Assembly (NCBI GenBank): GCA_963777495.1
Contig: CAVZQM010000004.1
Coordinates: 242,679 to 306,678, forward strand
Origin: an uncultured Actinomycetes bacterium
Lineage (GTDB): Bacteria; Actinomycetota; UBA4738; HRBIN12
Reading direction: 5' to 3'
DNA: 64,000 bases
The position numbers were made by a program, and so were the translations under genes. Numbering within the stretch: position 1 is the first letter of the stretch; every line of letters starts with the position of its first letter. The notes beneath the pieces are model-generated. The model was not told where the DNA came from, did not search any database, and saw nothing but the letters and a program-made list of their open reading frames with translations. Below are positions 1-11,875 of the stretch, piece by piece.

Positions 1-967
1 GTCCAGACGCCTCTCGGCGCACGCGGCATCCCTCCGGACACGTCCGACGGCGACGAGCCGGAGGCGACGCGGAGCCGGCGGGCGGCGCGTCGTGGCGGGA
101 CACGATCACGGCGTACGTTCGTCTGACGAAGCCGCGGATCATCGTGCTCCTGCTGATCACCACGGTTCCGGCCATGATCCTTGCCGCACAAGGGATGCCG
201 CCGATCGGACTGATGTTCGCGACGCTGGTCGGCGGCACGATCGCCGCCGGCTCGGCCAACGCGATCAACATGTACCTCGACCGCGACATCGACGAGATCA
301 TGCGACGGACGAGAGGCCGGCCGCTGCCGGCGCATACGGTCGAGCCCGACCGCGCCCTCCGGTTCGGATTCGTGCTGGGTGCGTTCTCGTACTTCTTCCT
401 GTCGATCACGGTGAACGTGCTCGCCGCGACGCTGGCGCTCTCGGCGATCGCCTTCTACGTCTTCGTCTACACGATGTGGCTGAAGCGCACCACGACGCAG
501 AACATCGTGATCGGGGGCGCGGCCGGGCGCGGTGCCGGCGTTGGTCGGGTGGGCGGCCGTGACCGGGAGCCTCTCGGCGCCCGCCTGGATCCTGTTCGCG
601 ATCATCTTCGTGTGGACCCCGCCGCATTTCTGGGCGCTCTCGATCCGGTTCCAGGGCGACTACGCCGCGGCCGGCGTCCCGATGCTGCCGGTCGTGAAGG
701 GCGAGGACGAGACCCGTCGGCAGATCTTCCTGTACTCGCTCGTGCTGTTCGGCACGACGCTCCTGCTGTATCCGATCGGCGGGATGGGGCCGATCTACCT
801 CTCCACGGCGATCGTCCTGGGCGGCGTCTTCGTCTACCGCGCGCTGCGCTTGTGGCGCGAGCCCGACGCCGACCGCGCCTGGGGCGTCTTCACGTACTCG
901 ATCGTCTATCTGGCCGCCGCTCTTCGGTTCGGTCGCCCTGGACGCCTTGGTCCCGCTCAGCCGCTGA
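1..967 (+). CDS. ctaB: protoheme IX farnesyltransferase (heme o synthase); 5'-truncated by the window, frameshifted
   Basis: LTKPRI, GSANAINMYLDRDIDEIMRRTRGRPLP and WTPPHFWAL...DYAAAGVPMLP motifs split over ORFs 144..1043 and 532..1008; frame is open back to the window edge. Confidence 0.93.
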
Positions 968-973
968 GCGCGA

Positions 974-1520
974 TCAGACGCGGGCAGCGCCAGCACGCTC
1001 GTCGATGAGCTCCCGGAGCTGTCGCGCGTCCGTCTGGCCGTAGACCGCCCAGCGGATCGTGCCGTCAGCGGTCGATCACGTAGGTGTCGGGCAGCCCGAA
1101 GAACGCGAAGTCGTCGGCCCACGCGCCCGGCTCGTCCACGATGCTCGGGTACGGGACGTCGAATTCCTCGACCCACGCCCGCGCCTTGGCGGTGTCGTCC
1201 CGTTCGTCGACGCCCAGGAACTCGACCCCCTGAGCGCGGTAGTCGTTCGCCGAGCTCCACCAGCTCGGGCTGCTCGTCCCGACAGGGATCGCACCAGGTC
1301 GCCCAGAAGTTCACGACCACCACGATGCCGCGGAGGTCGGCGAGCGCCGCCGTGCCGCCCTTGCACGGTCTCGCCGGCCAACGCGGGCGCGGGCTCGTTC
1401 ATCGCCTGGCGCCGAGCGGGTCCTCGGCGTCGCCCGCGCCTCCGCCCGTGCAGGCGGTCGCGAGCACGAGACGAAGAGGGCCGCCGTCGGCGGAACGCGT
1501 CGGCGAGCCATGTCGACCAC
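974..1520 (-). CDS. TlpA/ResA-like thiol-disulfide oxidoreductase (several frameshifts)
   Basis: VVVNFWATWCDPCRDEQPEL CxxC motif; ends approximate. Confidence 0.8.
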
Positions 1521-1544
1521 GCTAACAGGGGGTGCGCGAAGGAC

Positions 1545-2599
1545 TCAGCCGGAGGGACCGTCGGTGGCGCCGGTCGCTTCCGGGCGGCGATTCGCCGCCC
1601 CGCCCTGCCGTCCGGTCCCGCACCCACCACCACGTCGCCGGCCATCGTCGGATGGACGTCGCAGTGGAAGTAGTACGTCCCGGGCTCGAGCGCCGGGATC
1701 TCGTAGTCCCGGGTGTCGATCCCGGCGAACTGCTCACCCTGGAACAGGTTCTCGGACAGCGAGTCGTCGACGTAGATGGCGATGTTGTGCAGCACGCCGG
1801 CGTCTTCGTTGTCGAACGTGAGGGTGCTCGGTCGGCCGGGGGGCAGATCGATCTCCTCCGTGTCGAACGCCAGGGCCTGGGCGATCACGGTGGGGCCGCC
1901 ACCGCCCTCACCGCCGCCCTCCCTCGCCCTCGCGGACTCGATCGTTCCGATCATCGTCGTCGGATGCACCTCGCAGTGGAAGAAGAACGACCCGGCCGGC
2001 AGCGGCGGCACGGGGTAGACGACTGTCGACCACGCCCGCCACCAACTCGCCGGAGAAGAGCGGAGCCGCGTCGGGGCTGTCGGCGGGATCCTCTTCGAAG
2101 ATCACGACGTTGTGCTGGATGCCGGGGTCCTGGTTCTTGAAGTCGAGCTCGATCGGCTCGTTCGCCACGACCGAGAGTGTCGTCGGGTCGAAGCCCGTGG
2201 TCGCCGCGCCCTCGGGCGCCGCCAACGTCACGACCTGCGCCTCGCCGCCCTCATCCTTCGCCCGTGCCGATCGCCACGATGGCGATCCCGCCGGAGAGCA
2301 TCGCGACGCCGCCCACGACGCCGATCATCGCGAAGAGCGTGCTGTTGGACAGCCGCTCCCGCGTCGCCACGATCGTCGCCACCACCATGATCGCCACGGC
2401 CACGACCAAGGCGAGCACGGTCGCCGCCGACGCCGTGACCGACAGGAGGACGCGTGAGAACCCGAAGAGCACGAGGCCGATGATCACGAACGTGCCGACC
2501 GGGATCGCGATCGGCAGCAGGAGCCCTTGGCGGCGTCTCCGGGTGCGGCTCCGCGGGCGGCGGCGGCGGCGCCTGCTCCTTCGTCATCTGTTCGGTCAT
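1545..2599 (-). CDS. membrane-anchored protein with two cupredoxin domains (frameshifted)
   Basis: hydrophobic N-terminal helices (ORF 2251..2487), then QHNVVIF...FFHCEVHPTTM and LHNIAIY...YYFHCDVHPTM type-1 Cu motifs. Confidence 0.8.
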
Positions 2600-3431
2600 C
2601 GGGTCAGCTCCACACGGATGTCGCGTTCGACGTCACGGTACCGGGACGCGTCCCAGCCTTCCTCGCCGTGCTCCTGGCGGAACCAACGGAAGAAGATCGC
2701 GGTGATGAACACCCACAGGATGGCCCCGCCGATCAGCTTCATGATCAGCCCGGCCAGGAGCTGGTCGGACAACGCGTCGACCCCCCAGATCCGCGGGAAC
2801 GTGCCGTACACCGGGTACAGCAGGTGGTCGCCGAACGTCAGGAACGACGCCGGGATCGTCGGGGCGAGCGACTGGACGAACAGGTAGAGCATCTGACCGG
2901 GCGCCGGGAGCGCCGGGTACTCGGGCAGGGGCGACATGACCGGCCACCACATCACCAGCGCGCTCGACACCAGCAGCACGTGCAGGCCGAAGTGCGCCCA
3001 CTCCGAGCTGACGGACAGGTGCGACCACCGCGGGCCAGTGCACGAACAGCAGGACGGAGTTGAAGACGATGAGCGCAACGAGCGGGCGCGTCATGAACCC
3101 GAACACCGTGGCGACCGGCCGGGAGCGCACGAGGCGCCGCAGGAGCCACGGCGGCATCCCCGCGATCAGCAGGGCCGGCGCGATCAGCGTGAACAGCATG
3201 TGCTGCACCATGTGCTGGTGATACAGGTAGCGTTCGGCCAGGTCGTGGATCGGCCAGTCGGCGCCGACCCACAGCACGGCCATGCCGGCGAGGAAGAACC
3301 GGGTCTTCCGTGCTGTCGACGGCTTCTCCGCTCTCCCGCGCATGGCGCCGTCCCGCGATCAGGTAGGCGGCGACGATCGAGCCGAAGAGGAGCCAGACGT
3401 CGGGATGCGGGTGCCAGGCGGGCAGCGTCAT
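2596..3431 (-). CDS. ctaG: cytochrome c oxidase assembly factor, caa3-type CtaG (frameshifted)
   Basis: WPIHDLAERYL.HMVQHMLFTLIAPALL, HWP, MWWPV, DQLLAGLIMK motifs across three frames. Confidence 0.85.
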
Positions 3432-3435
3432 GGCG

Positions 3436-3769
3436 TCAGTTCTGGAAGACCTGGAACGAGATGAGGACCACGAGGTAGAGCGTGGCCGCGCCGGCCAGAC
3501 CCATCACGAAGAACCGCGAGTAGCGCCGGTCGTCGAACTTCAGGTGCATGTACCACAGGATCACGATCACGAACTTCGAGATCATCAGCGCGAACAGCAC
3601 CGGCAGGAACCAGCCGCCCATCTCCTCGCGGACGTAGTAGATCGCGACCTCGACCGCCGTGATCGCGACCAGGATGAAGAAGATCCGGACGTACTCGCGG
3701 CCGCTGGGGTGACCGGCGTGCGAGGTTCCGTGCGCTTCGTTCTCGGCGGCGGCGATGAACGTCGGCCAT
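3436..3769 (-). CDS. cytochrome c oxidase subunit IV family protein
   Basis: HPSGREYVRIFFILVAITAVEV...KFVIVILWYMHLKFD; frameshift near the start. Confidence 0.85.
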
Positions 3770-3772
3770 GGC

Positions 3773-4393
3773 CTATGCCCCTCCCGGAGCCGTCGGGACC
3801 AGGTACACCACGGTGAAGATGATGATCCACACGATGTCGACGAAGTGCCAATACAGGCCAACCATCTCGACCGGGAACGCCGGATCGTCGGGGAGCCGGT
3901 CCGCGAACGACATCCCCGTGAGCGAGAGCAGCATCAGGATGCCGACCGTGACGTGCACGCCGTGGAACCCGGTCAGCACGTAGAACGTGGTGCCGAACAG
4001 GTTGGTGTCGATCGCCAGCCCGTCATGCTGGTAGAACACCGTGAACTCGTAGACCTGGCCGCCGACGAACGTCAGACCCAGCATGGCCGTCGTGACCAGC
4101 CACAGGCGCATCCGCATGAAGTCCCGCTTCTGCGCCGCCGCGAGCGCCAGCACCATGGTGAGCGAGCTGGCGAGCAGGACGAACGACGACACCGACGTGT
4201 AGCCGATGTCGAAGACCTCGGCGGGATACGGCCCCACGGTGCTCGCGTTGCGGTAGAGCACGTACGTCGTGATCAGCGCGCCGAAGAGCAGGCACTCCGA
4301 TGACAGGAAGAGCCACATCGCGAGCTTGGTGTGCGGCAGGCCGGTGGTGGTCTCGTGCTCGTCGTGCCCCTGCGCGATCGCGGCGTCCGCCAT
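3773..4393 (-). CDS. ctaE: cytochrome c oxidase subunit III
   Basis: KLAMWLFLSSECLLFGAL, FYVLTGFHGVHV, GLYWHFVDIVW. Confidence 0.95.
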   Translation of the reverse strand: MADAAIAQGHDEHETTTGLPHTKLAMWLFLSSECLLFGALITTYVLYRNASTVGPYPAEVFDIGYTSVSSFVLLASSLTMVLALAAAQKRDFMRMRLWLVTTAMLGLTFVGGQVYEFTVFYQHDGLAIDTNLFGTTFYVLTGFHGVHVTVGILMLLSLTGMSFADRLPDDPAFPVEMVGLYWHFVDIVWIIIFTVVYLVPTAPGGA

Positions 4394-4395
4394 GA

Positions 4396-6266
4396 CTACT
4401 CCGCCACCGAGGGCTCGAGGGCCCACCCGTAGATCCCGACGAGCGTGACGACCGCGCCCACGCCGACGAGCCACCACGAGTAGATGACGCCGTAGGCCAT
4501 GATCGGCAACCCGAGCGACGCGACGATCGGCCAGTAGGACGGGCTCGGAAGATGGATCGTGCGCGCGGGGCCGTGCGTCTCTTCGGCGTCGTGATCCGAG
4601 GCGCCGGCCTGGACCGGCACGAGCCGGCCGCTCTTGTCCTCGGCGTACTTCCGATGCCAGAAGTCGTCGAGCGCGTGCACCGTCGGGATCTCGTCGAAGT
4701 TGTGCACGGGAGGCGGCGACGACGTCATCCACTCCAGCGTGCGCGCGTCCCACGGATCCTCGACCTCGACGGGCCGGTGCCGCAGTTGGGTCTTGATCGC
4801 GTTGATCGTGAACACCAGGACGGACAGCGCGATCAGGAACGCCCCGAGCGTGGAGACCTGGTTCCAGAACGTGAGGCCGAGCGACTCCGGGTACGTGTAC
4901 TGCGGCGGATCATGCCCTGCAGCCCCAGGACGTGCATGGGTCCGAACGCCAGGTTGAACCCGATCATCATGAGCCAGAAGTGCACCTTGCCCATGCCCTC
5001 GGACAGCATCCGGCCGAACACCTTCGGCCACCAGTAGTACATGCCCGAGAACAGGCCGAAGACGGCGCCGCCGAAGATCACGTAGTGGAAGTGGGCGACG
5101 ATGTAGTACGTGTCGGTCTGCTGGTAGTCGCTCGGCACGACGGCGTGGGTCACCCCCGACAGCCCGCCGATCACGAACATCGCCACACCGCCCACCGAGA
5201 ACAGCATGGCGGCGGTGAACCGGATGTCGCCGCGATACATCGTGGCCATCCAGTTGAAGATCTTCACGCCCGTCGGGATCGCGATGATCGCGGTCGAGAT
5301 GCCGAACGCCGTGTTCGCCACCGGTCCGAGCCCCGCGGCGAACATGTGGTGCGCCCACACGCCGAAGCCGATGAAGCCGATCGCGATGCCGGAGAAGACC
5401 ACGAACTGGTAGCCGAACAGCGGCTTGCGGCTGAAGACCGGGAGCACCTCGGAGAAGATGCCGAACGCCGGCAGGATGAGGATGTAGACCTCGGGGTGTC
5501 CGAACAACCAGAAGAGGTGCTGCCACAGGATCGGGTCGCCGCCCGACGTGGGATCGAAGAAGTGCGTTCCCCATCGGCGGTCGAACAGGAGCTCGAACAA
5601 CCCGACCGTGATGATCGGCAGCGAGAACACCAGGAGGAGCTGCACGACGAGTCCCATCCATACGAACACCGGGAGCCGGAAGAACGACATGCCCGGCGCG
5701 CGCATGTTGATGACCGTGACGCCCAGGTTGACCGCTCCCGCCGTGGACGCGATGCCCGTCAGGAGCAACCCGAGGGCGTAGTACGTCATGCCGCTCGTCG
5801 GATCGGTCGTGGAGTTCGGCGCGTATCCGAACCACCCGCCGTTCGGCGCGCCGCCCAGGAACCAGCTGGAGTACAGGAACAGCCCGCCGAAGAGGAACAG
5901 CCAGTAGCTGAACGCGTTGATCCGGGGGAACGCGACGTCCCGGGCACCGATCATCAGCGGGATCAGGTAGTTGAAGAACGCCGCCGACATCGGCATCACG
6001 AACAGGAAGATCATCGTGAGCCCGTGCATCGTGAAGATCTCGTTGTACTGGCCGGCGTTCAGGACCGTCTGGTCCGGACCGGCGAGCTGCGAGCGGATCA
6101 ACAGCGCCTCCAGGCCGCCGACGATGAAGAACACGAACGCGGTGACCCCGTACATCAGCCCGATCTTCTTGTGGTCCACCGTGGTGAACCAACTCCAGAA
6201 CCCCGTCAGCGACGACGGGCGGCGGATACCGCGCCCTTTGTCCGCGGTGATGGTGATGCTCGCCAT
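4396..6266 (-). CDS. ctaD: cytochrome c oxidase subunit I, A1 type (frameshift near 4905)
   Basis: TVDHKKIG, WLFGHPEVYIL, VWAHHMF, VAHFHYV; C-terminus continues in ORF 4396..6192 (TLEWMTSSPPP). Confidence 0.97.
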
Positions 6267-6280
6267 CTAGCGCATCTCCG

Positions 6281-7381
6281 TCATGTCAGGCTCTCGAGGT
6301 AGGCGACCAAGGCGTCGATCTCGCCCTGGGTCAGCTGGTAGTCGGGCATCTTCGATCCCAGCTTGACGGCGTTCGGGTCGCGCAGCCACGCCTCGAGCGC
6401 CTCCTCATCGACGGTCTCCCAGTTGCAACCGGCGAAACACTGGTGGGTCGGATCGGCGAAATGCGTCAGGTCGGGGCCGGCGTTCACGCCGCTCACGATG
6501 CCGCCGATGGAGTGGCACGCGGTGCACTGGCCCTGTCCGTTGGGAAGCGGGTTCATGAACAGGTCCATGCCCTTGCGCGCGAGGGGGTCGGTCGGGACGA
6601 CGCCCTCGAGCTTCTGGTTCGCGACCCACTCCTCCCAGTCGCTCGCCGACAACGCGACGACGCGCACCTTCATCCTGCCGTGCTGCAGCCCGCAGAACTC
6701 CGCGCACTGGCCGAAGTAGGTGCCGGGCTCGTCGGCCTGCATCAGGATGTGGTTCGTCCGATTGGGGACGACGTCCTGCTTCCCGGCGAGCTGCGGGATC
6801 CAGAACGAGTGGATCACCGCGTAGTCCTGCTGCTCGTCCGTCCCGCCGATCAGCCCTCCCACGGCCTCCAACGCCAGATAGACCGGCCGGTCCACCGGGA
6901 TCACCAGCACGTCCGCGATGGTGATCTGCTGGTTCTCGGCGTAGCTCGTGGTCATGTCGTCGTCGGTGTACTCGAAGCCCCACCACCACTGATGGCCCCT
7001 GACGGTGACGTTGAGCGCGCTGCTCGGCGGGGTGCGCGCCAGGTCCCAGATCGTGGCCACCGTCGGCACGGTCACGAAGGCCAGGACGACCGCAGGCAGG
7101 ATCGTCCAGCCGATCTCGAGTCGCGTGTTGCCGTGGATCTGCGGCGGTATCGCGTCGCGGCCCTTGCGGTGCCGGTACTTGACCATGAGGAGCACGATCC
7201 CGCCCTCGACGATCACGAAGACGAGCACGGCGACCCAGAACACCGGGACGAACAGGTTGTGGATCTCCTGCGCGTAGGGCCCGGCCGGCTGGAGCGAATC
7301 CTGCTGAGCATCCGACGCGCACGACGCAAGCGTCAGGCCGAGGGCCACGAGGCCCAGGACCCAGAGCAGCCGCTTCCGCAA
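6281..7381 (-). CDS. ctaC: cytochrome c oxidase subunit II with C-terminal cytochrome c domain (caa3 type), lipoprotein
   Basis: lipobox LASC, GHQWWW, VIHSFW, CuA motif CAEFCGLQHGRM, heme motif CTACH and KMP. Confidence 0.96.
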   Translation of the reverse strand: MRKRLLWVLGLVALGLTLASCASDAQQDSLQPAGPYAQEIHNLFVPVFWVAVLVFVIVEGGIVLLMVKYRHRKGRDAIPPQIHGNTRLEIGWTILPAVVLAFVTVPTVATIWDLARTPPSSALNVTVRGHQWWWGFEYTDDDMTTSYAENQQITIADVLVIPVDRPVYLALEAVGGLIGGTDEQQDYAVIHSFWIPQLAGKQDVVPNRTNHILMQADEPGTYFGQCAEFCGLQHGRMKVRVVALSASDWEEWVANQKLEGVVPTDPLARKGMDLFMNPLPNGQGQCTACHSIGGIVSGVNAGPDLTHFADPTHQCFAGCNWETVDEEALEAWLRDPNAVKLGSKMPDYQLTQGEIDALVAYLESLT

Positions 7382-7488
7382 GTCTCCCTTGCCTCCCCGG
7401 TACTGGCGCTCCGGCGCCGGTGCGGGCGCCGGGCCGGGCGCACTGTACCACCGTCCCCTTCGCCGCTCGATCGGCGATGACAGGGTTG

Positions 7489-8445
7489 TCAGAACCCCTT
7501 ATATGAGTGCAGCCCGACGATCCAGAGGTTCACCACGTAGTACGTGATCAACAACGACACGAAGCCCACCAACGCGATGACCGCGGCGGGCCGGCCCTTC
7601 CACCCCGACGTCGACCGCGCGTGGAGGTACCCGGCATAGATCACCCACGTGACGAACGACCACGTCTCCTTCGGGTCCCATCCCCAGTACCGGCCCCATG
7701 CTCGCTGCGCCCAGATCGCGCCGGCGATCACCGCGAACGTCCAGATGGGGAACGCGAACGCGATCACGCGGTACGCCATGCGGTCGAGCGTGGCGGCCGT
7801 CGGGAGCACTCCCCTGCGTACGGCGGCCCCGGCCGCCGGCTCATCGGCGTCGGGTGCGAAGTCCGGCGGAGCGTCCACGTCGAGGGACGCGCCCATGATC
7901 GGCGGCGGCTCCTGCGCCCGGAGCGTCGCGACCTGTCGCCGCTCCCGGCGGTCCTGCACCAGGAACATGATCGTGAGGACGCCGCCTCCCAGGGCGAACA
8001 GCGAGGACCCGGAGATCGCGGCCACCACGTGGATCTTGATCCAATACGAGTTGAGCGCCGGTACCAGCGGCCCCGGCCCCACGTAGAGGAACGAGACGGC
8101 GACGGCCATGGTGAGCACCGAGAACATCAACGCGAACCCGCCGAGGGTCCGGATCTTGTAGTAGCCCTCGACGATCACCAGGTACGCGGCCACGACCAGG
8201 AGCGCCAACAGGACCGAGTACTCGTACATGTTGCCCCACGGCACCCGGTCAGCGGCGAGGCCGCGCGTGACGACGCACACGACGTTCGCGACCAATCCGA
8301 GCGTGGCCACGGTGCGTCCGATCGCCCAGAGCGACGTCCTGCGGAAGGCCAGGTAGGCGAAGTAGCTCACCATCGCGGCGACGTAGGCGAACAGCGCCAC
8401 GTTGAAGGCGTCGTTGGACACCCGGCCCCATTGCAGGTCCGTCAC
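7489..8445 (-). CDS. ccsA: System II cytochrome c synthase CcsA/ResC
   Basis: PWGNMYE, LNSYWIKIHV, WWD motif WAQRAWGRYWGWDPKETWS, GLHSY; GTG start overlaps the resB TGA at 8442. Confidence 0.93.
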   Translation of the reverse strand: MTDLQWGRVSNDAFNVALFAYVAAMVSYFAYLAFRRTSLWAIGRTVATLGLVANVVCVVTRGLAADRVPWGNMYEYSVLLALLVVAAYLVIVEGYYKIRTLGGFALMFSVLTMAVAVSFLYVGPGPLVPALNSYWIKIHVVAAISGSSLFALGGGVLTIMFLVQDRRERRQVATLRAQEPPPIMGASLDVDAPPDFAPDADEPAAGAAVRRGVLPTAATLDRMAYRVIAFAFPIWTFAVIAGAIWAQRAWGRYWGWDPKETWSFVTWVIYAGYLHARSTSGWKGRPAAVIALVGFVSLLITYYVVNLWIVGLHSYKGF

Positions 8446-10024
8446 GGTGAGCTCACCCGCTCCTTCTCCTCGACGGCCGGCGCCGACGCCGGCGGCGCGA
8501 GCCATGGCATCCACCAGCTTCGAGAACTCCTCATCGAACTGCGGCTTGCGTTGCAGGGCGAATCCCCCGACCTTGAGCACGGTCCCGTCACCGTTCGGCT
8601 CTGCCCGCACCCAGACCTTGCGTCGCGACGTGTAGAGGGCGGGCAGGAGCCCGAGCAGCACGAGGATAGCGGCCAACAACACCAAGGGCACGCCACGATC
8701 GCGGCTCACCTGGAACACGCTGTACTGCCGGAGCTCCGGGAACGCGATCGTCAGCCCGGTCGGGGTCGCACCGTCCGGGAGCGCCGCGCCCGTGCGGAGG
8801 TCGACGGTCTGCTCGGCGCCGACGATGCCCTGTCCGGTCCGGCGCATGACACCCGTATCGAGGGACCGCGCCGACGTGTCCGTCAGGTCTCCGCGGAACA
8901 CCTTGTAGAACAGGATCGGCTGGAACGCGTGCATCATGGCCGCCGGCTCGCCGGTCGTCTGCAGCTGCAGCCACGCGCGGCTGTCCGGCCACAGCTCCAG
9001 CGTCAGACCCGCCTGCGGCTGGAGCGACGGCAGCTTCAGGATGCCGTGCCACGGCATCGCGAGCTGCGGGACGCCCTCGGGCGCCGCGTCCTGCACGAAC
9101 GTGATGGGCTCCGACGCGATCAGCTCCCCGTCGTGCCTGACCTCGACCACGGGGGCCCATCCGAAGCCGTACTGGAAGAACTCCACGCCGTCGATCGACG
9201 CCGGGCTGTTCACCCGGATGTCGGTCCGCTGCGCCACGTTCCCCTCCGGGTCCAGCAGTTGGACGTGCGACACGAAGTCCTCGGGCTGGCCGTTCGGCCG
9301 GTACGTGTCCTCGAAGGCCCCGCAGATGCAGGCCGACGCCGCTGAAGTCTCCGTCGAAGAACCGGCCGGTGCGGAGCTCGCCGTCGTAGTTCGCCTGCGC
9401 ATCGATCCAGGTCTTCCCCTCCACGACGACCGCCCTGCCGCTGAACCCCGTGCCCTTGCCGAAGATGACGCCGACGACGATCAGGAGGAACGCCCAATGG
9501 AAGAGCAGGCTCCCGACCTCGCGGAGCGCGCCCTTCTCGGCGGCGAGGGCCGGTCGGCCGTCGCCGTCACGGGCGACGCGGAACAGGCGTCGGCGCAGCA
9601 CGCGCCTCGAACCGTCGATGACCTTGGCGGGATCCGCCGGCACCACCCGTTCCTCGTAGAGGCGGAACGCGTCGATCTCGCGCGCCTGGACCGGCCGCTG
9701 CCGCAGCGTGCGCACCAACGCGCGGGTCCGCGGGAGCAGGCAGGCGACCAGCGAGATGAAGAGCAGGGTCGTGATCAGGACGAACCACCACGACCCGTAC
9801 ACGTCGAACAGCCCCGCTCGCCCGTAGAACGCACCCAGCAGCGGATGGTCGATCTGGTACCGGACCACGCGCTCCGGCGAGTTGGGCCATTGCGGCACCA
9901 GGGACCCGACCACCGACGCCAGGGCCAGCATCAGCAGCAGGATCAGGGCGGTGCGCATGGAGCGGAGCGTCCGCCACACCAGGGCCGTCGACCGTCGCAA
10001 GGTGATCCGGCTGGAGGAGGGCAT
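8442..10024 (-). CDS. resB: System II cytochrome c biogenesis protein ResB/CcsB (frameshifted)
   Basis: LRSMRTALILLLMLALASVVGSLVPQ, FDVYGSWWF, GSLLFHWAF, VNSPASIDG. Confidence 0.9.
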
Positions 10025-10094
10025 GGGGGCTCGCGAGGATTCTACGGTCGGACGTCGGACCATCGTGTCCCGGTCGCGGCCCCGGCTCGGCCCC

Positions 10095-10823
10095 TCACAA
10101 TCCGGGCGCGAAGCGGGCCAGCGGAGCGACGATCCTGGTGAAGATGCCGGTCACCATCATCACGCCCACGACCACGAGCAGCGCGCCCGACACGCCGGCG
10201 ATCCACGCGTAGTGCGTGCGGACCCAGCCGATCGCGCCCATGAAGCGCTGGACGCCGAGCCCGACCAGCAGGAACGGCACCCCGAGGCCGATGCTGTACG
10301 CGAGGAGCAGCAGCACCCCACGAGCGGTGCTCTGGGTGACCGCGATCGCCAGGATGCCGGTCAGCACCGGCCCGAGACAGGGCGTCCAACCGGCCGCGAA
10401 CGCCATGCCCAGCGGCAGGGCTCCGATCGTGCCGGGTCGCACCTTCGACAGGAGCGGCCGGCGCTCCGCGTACAGCACGAGCGGGCCGCGCCGCAGCGCG
10501 TACGCGATCATGAACGCACCGATCGCGATCACGATGCTGCCGCCCACCCACTGGCCCACGTCTCCTTTGAAGAGAGGAACGAACCGAGATGCGAAGGCCC
10601 CGAGCAGCGTGAAGACGATGGTGAACCCGGCGATGAACAGCAGGATCGGCAGGAGCGGACGTTCGGTCTCGCCGTCCACCACGCGCTCCCCCGTCACGAA
10701 CGACACGTAGCCCGGGACGAGCGGGAACACGCAGGGCGACGCGAAGGAGACGAGGCCGGCCACGAACGCGAGCGCGGGCGCCCACCACGAGGCGAGGCCG
10801 GTCTGGACGATGTCGCCGATCAT
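10095..10823 (-). CDS. ccdA: cytochrome c biogenesis protein CcdA
   Basis: GLVSFASPCVFPLVPGY and GWTPCLGPVL. Confidence 0.95.
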   Translation of the reverse strand: MIGDIVQTGLASWWAPALAFVAGLVSFASPCVFPLVPGYVSFVTGERVVDGETERPLLPILLFIAGFTIVFTLLGAFASRFVPLFKGDVGQWVGGSIVIAIGAFMIAYALRRGPLVLYAERRPLLSKVRPGTIGALPLGMAFAAGWTPCLGPVLTGILAIAVTQSTARGVLLLLAYSIGLGVPFLLVGLGVQRFMGAIGWVRTHYAWIAGVSGALLVVVGVMMVTGIFTRIVAPLARFAPGL

Positions 10824-10942
10824 CGATGCCTCCGGGCTCCGTCGAGGTCCGGGAGCGCGGTCAGTCTATGGGCCGCGGAGCCCGCCCCACGAGCGACGGG
10901 ATGTGGGTTGCGACGGACGCTCGCGGGCGGCATAGTGATAGT

Positions 10943-10960
10943 TCGTGAAGCGATTCACAA
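10943..10960. promoter_or_regulatory. Rex operator
   Basis: TCGTGAA-GCGA-TTCACAA, one mismatch to TTGTGAA-N4-TTCACAA, in the divergent ccdA/Rieske-cytochrome b intergenic region; rex gene at 15.9-16.6 kb; TATAAT at 10998-11003. Confidence 0.85.
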
Positions 10961-11030
10961 GCCCGACGCGTCCGGTCCGGTGCAAACGGCACATGGCTAT
11001 AATCGCCCCGCCCATGGAGACGAAGCCGGC

Positions 11031-11421
11031 ATGAGCCAGGTCGAGGTCACGAACGACGCCTCGGTTCGCCAAGACGAAGGCGCGGCTCTCCCATCGGAAA
11101 CAGCAAGCCGAGGGCTTCCTCAAGACCTTCGAATGGACGTGGACCACGGCCATCGTCTTCTCCGTGGCGCTCACGTTCTTCATCCTGATCACCACCTCCG
11201 TCATCCCCTCGTTCTGGTTGTACTTCGCCGACCAGAAGCTCAAGTGGAGCGGCGCCGGACCGAACGGCTTCTGGCTGATGCAGCTGCGGGACGCCGTCGC
11301 GATGGGCCTCACGACCGTGCCGATCATCGTGATCCTGGTGGGCGCGGCGATCATGCAGAACTGGCGCAGGAAGCTCCGCGGACAGTCGGGCGACGTGCGT
11401 CCCACGGGCGGATACCGGTAG
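11031..11421 (+). CDS. small hypothetical membrane protein heading the Rieske/cytochrome b operon (frameshifted, start uncertain)
   Basis: two hydrophobic segments (ALTFFILITTSVIPSFWLYF; AVAMGLTTVPIIVILVGAAIM). Confidence 0.6.
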
Positions 11422-11430
11422 GGGTCGACG

Positions 11431-11830
11431 ATGGTGTTCACCAAGACCGAGGTCGACATCCACGAGGACTACGTCGTGGAGGCCGTCGACCCGGCGTGGC
11501 TCTCCGCCGGGCGTCAAGTCGCCGAAGCACCTGATGCTCGATCCCGACAACTGCATCCTGTGCCGCGCGTGTGAGGACGTCTGTCCGTGGAACTGCATCT
11601 ACATGTTGTCGACCGACATCGTGGACGGGGCAGAGGAGCCGGCGGTCGAGGCTGAGGTGCACGGCGCGACGGCGATCTTCGTGGTGGACGACATCGCGTG
11701 CACGCGGTGCTCGGTGTGCGTCGACCGGTGCCCCACCGACACGCTGTACTATGCGCGCCTGCCGGAGGGTTCGACCGGTGGAGCACGCCCGATGGCCGAG
11801 GTTCCTCTGTCGCAGGCCGCGGCGGAGTGA
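11431..11830 (+). CDS. 2[4Fe-4S] dicluster ferredoxin (frameshift near 11505)
   Basis: CILCRACEDVCP and CTRCSVCVDRCP. Confidence 0.9.
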
Positions 11831-11875
11831 GCCTGGCGCGAACGCGATCGAGCTGAGAAGGGGAGGGAAGGCCGG

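Noticed and set aside
7489-9402. ResB-CcsA fusion ORF
   Set aside because: A GTGA stop/start overlap at 8442-8445 with upstream RBS indicates two genes joined by an indel
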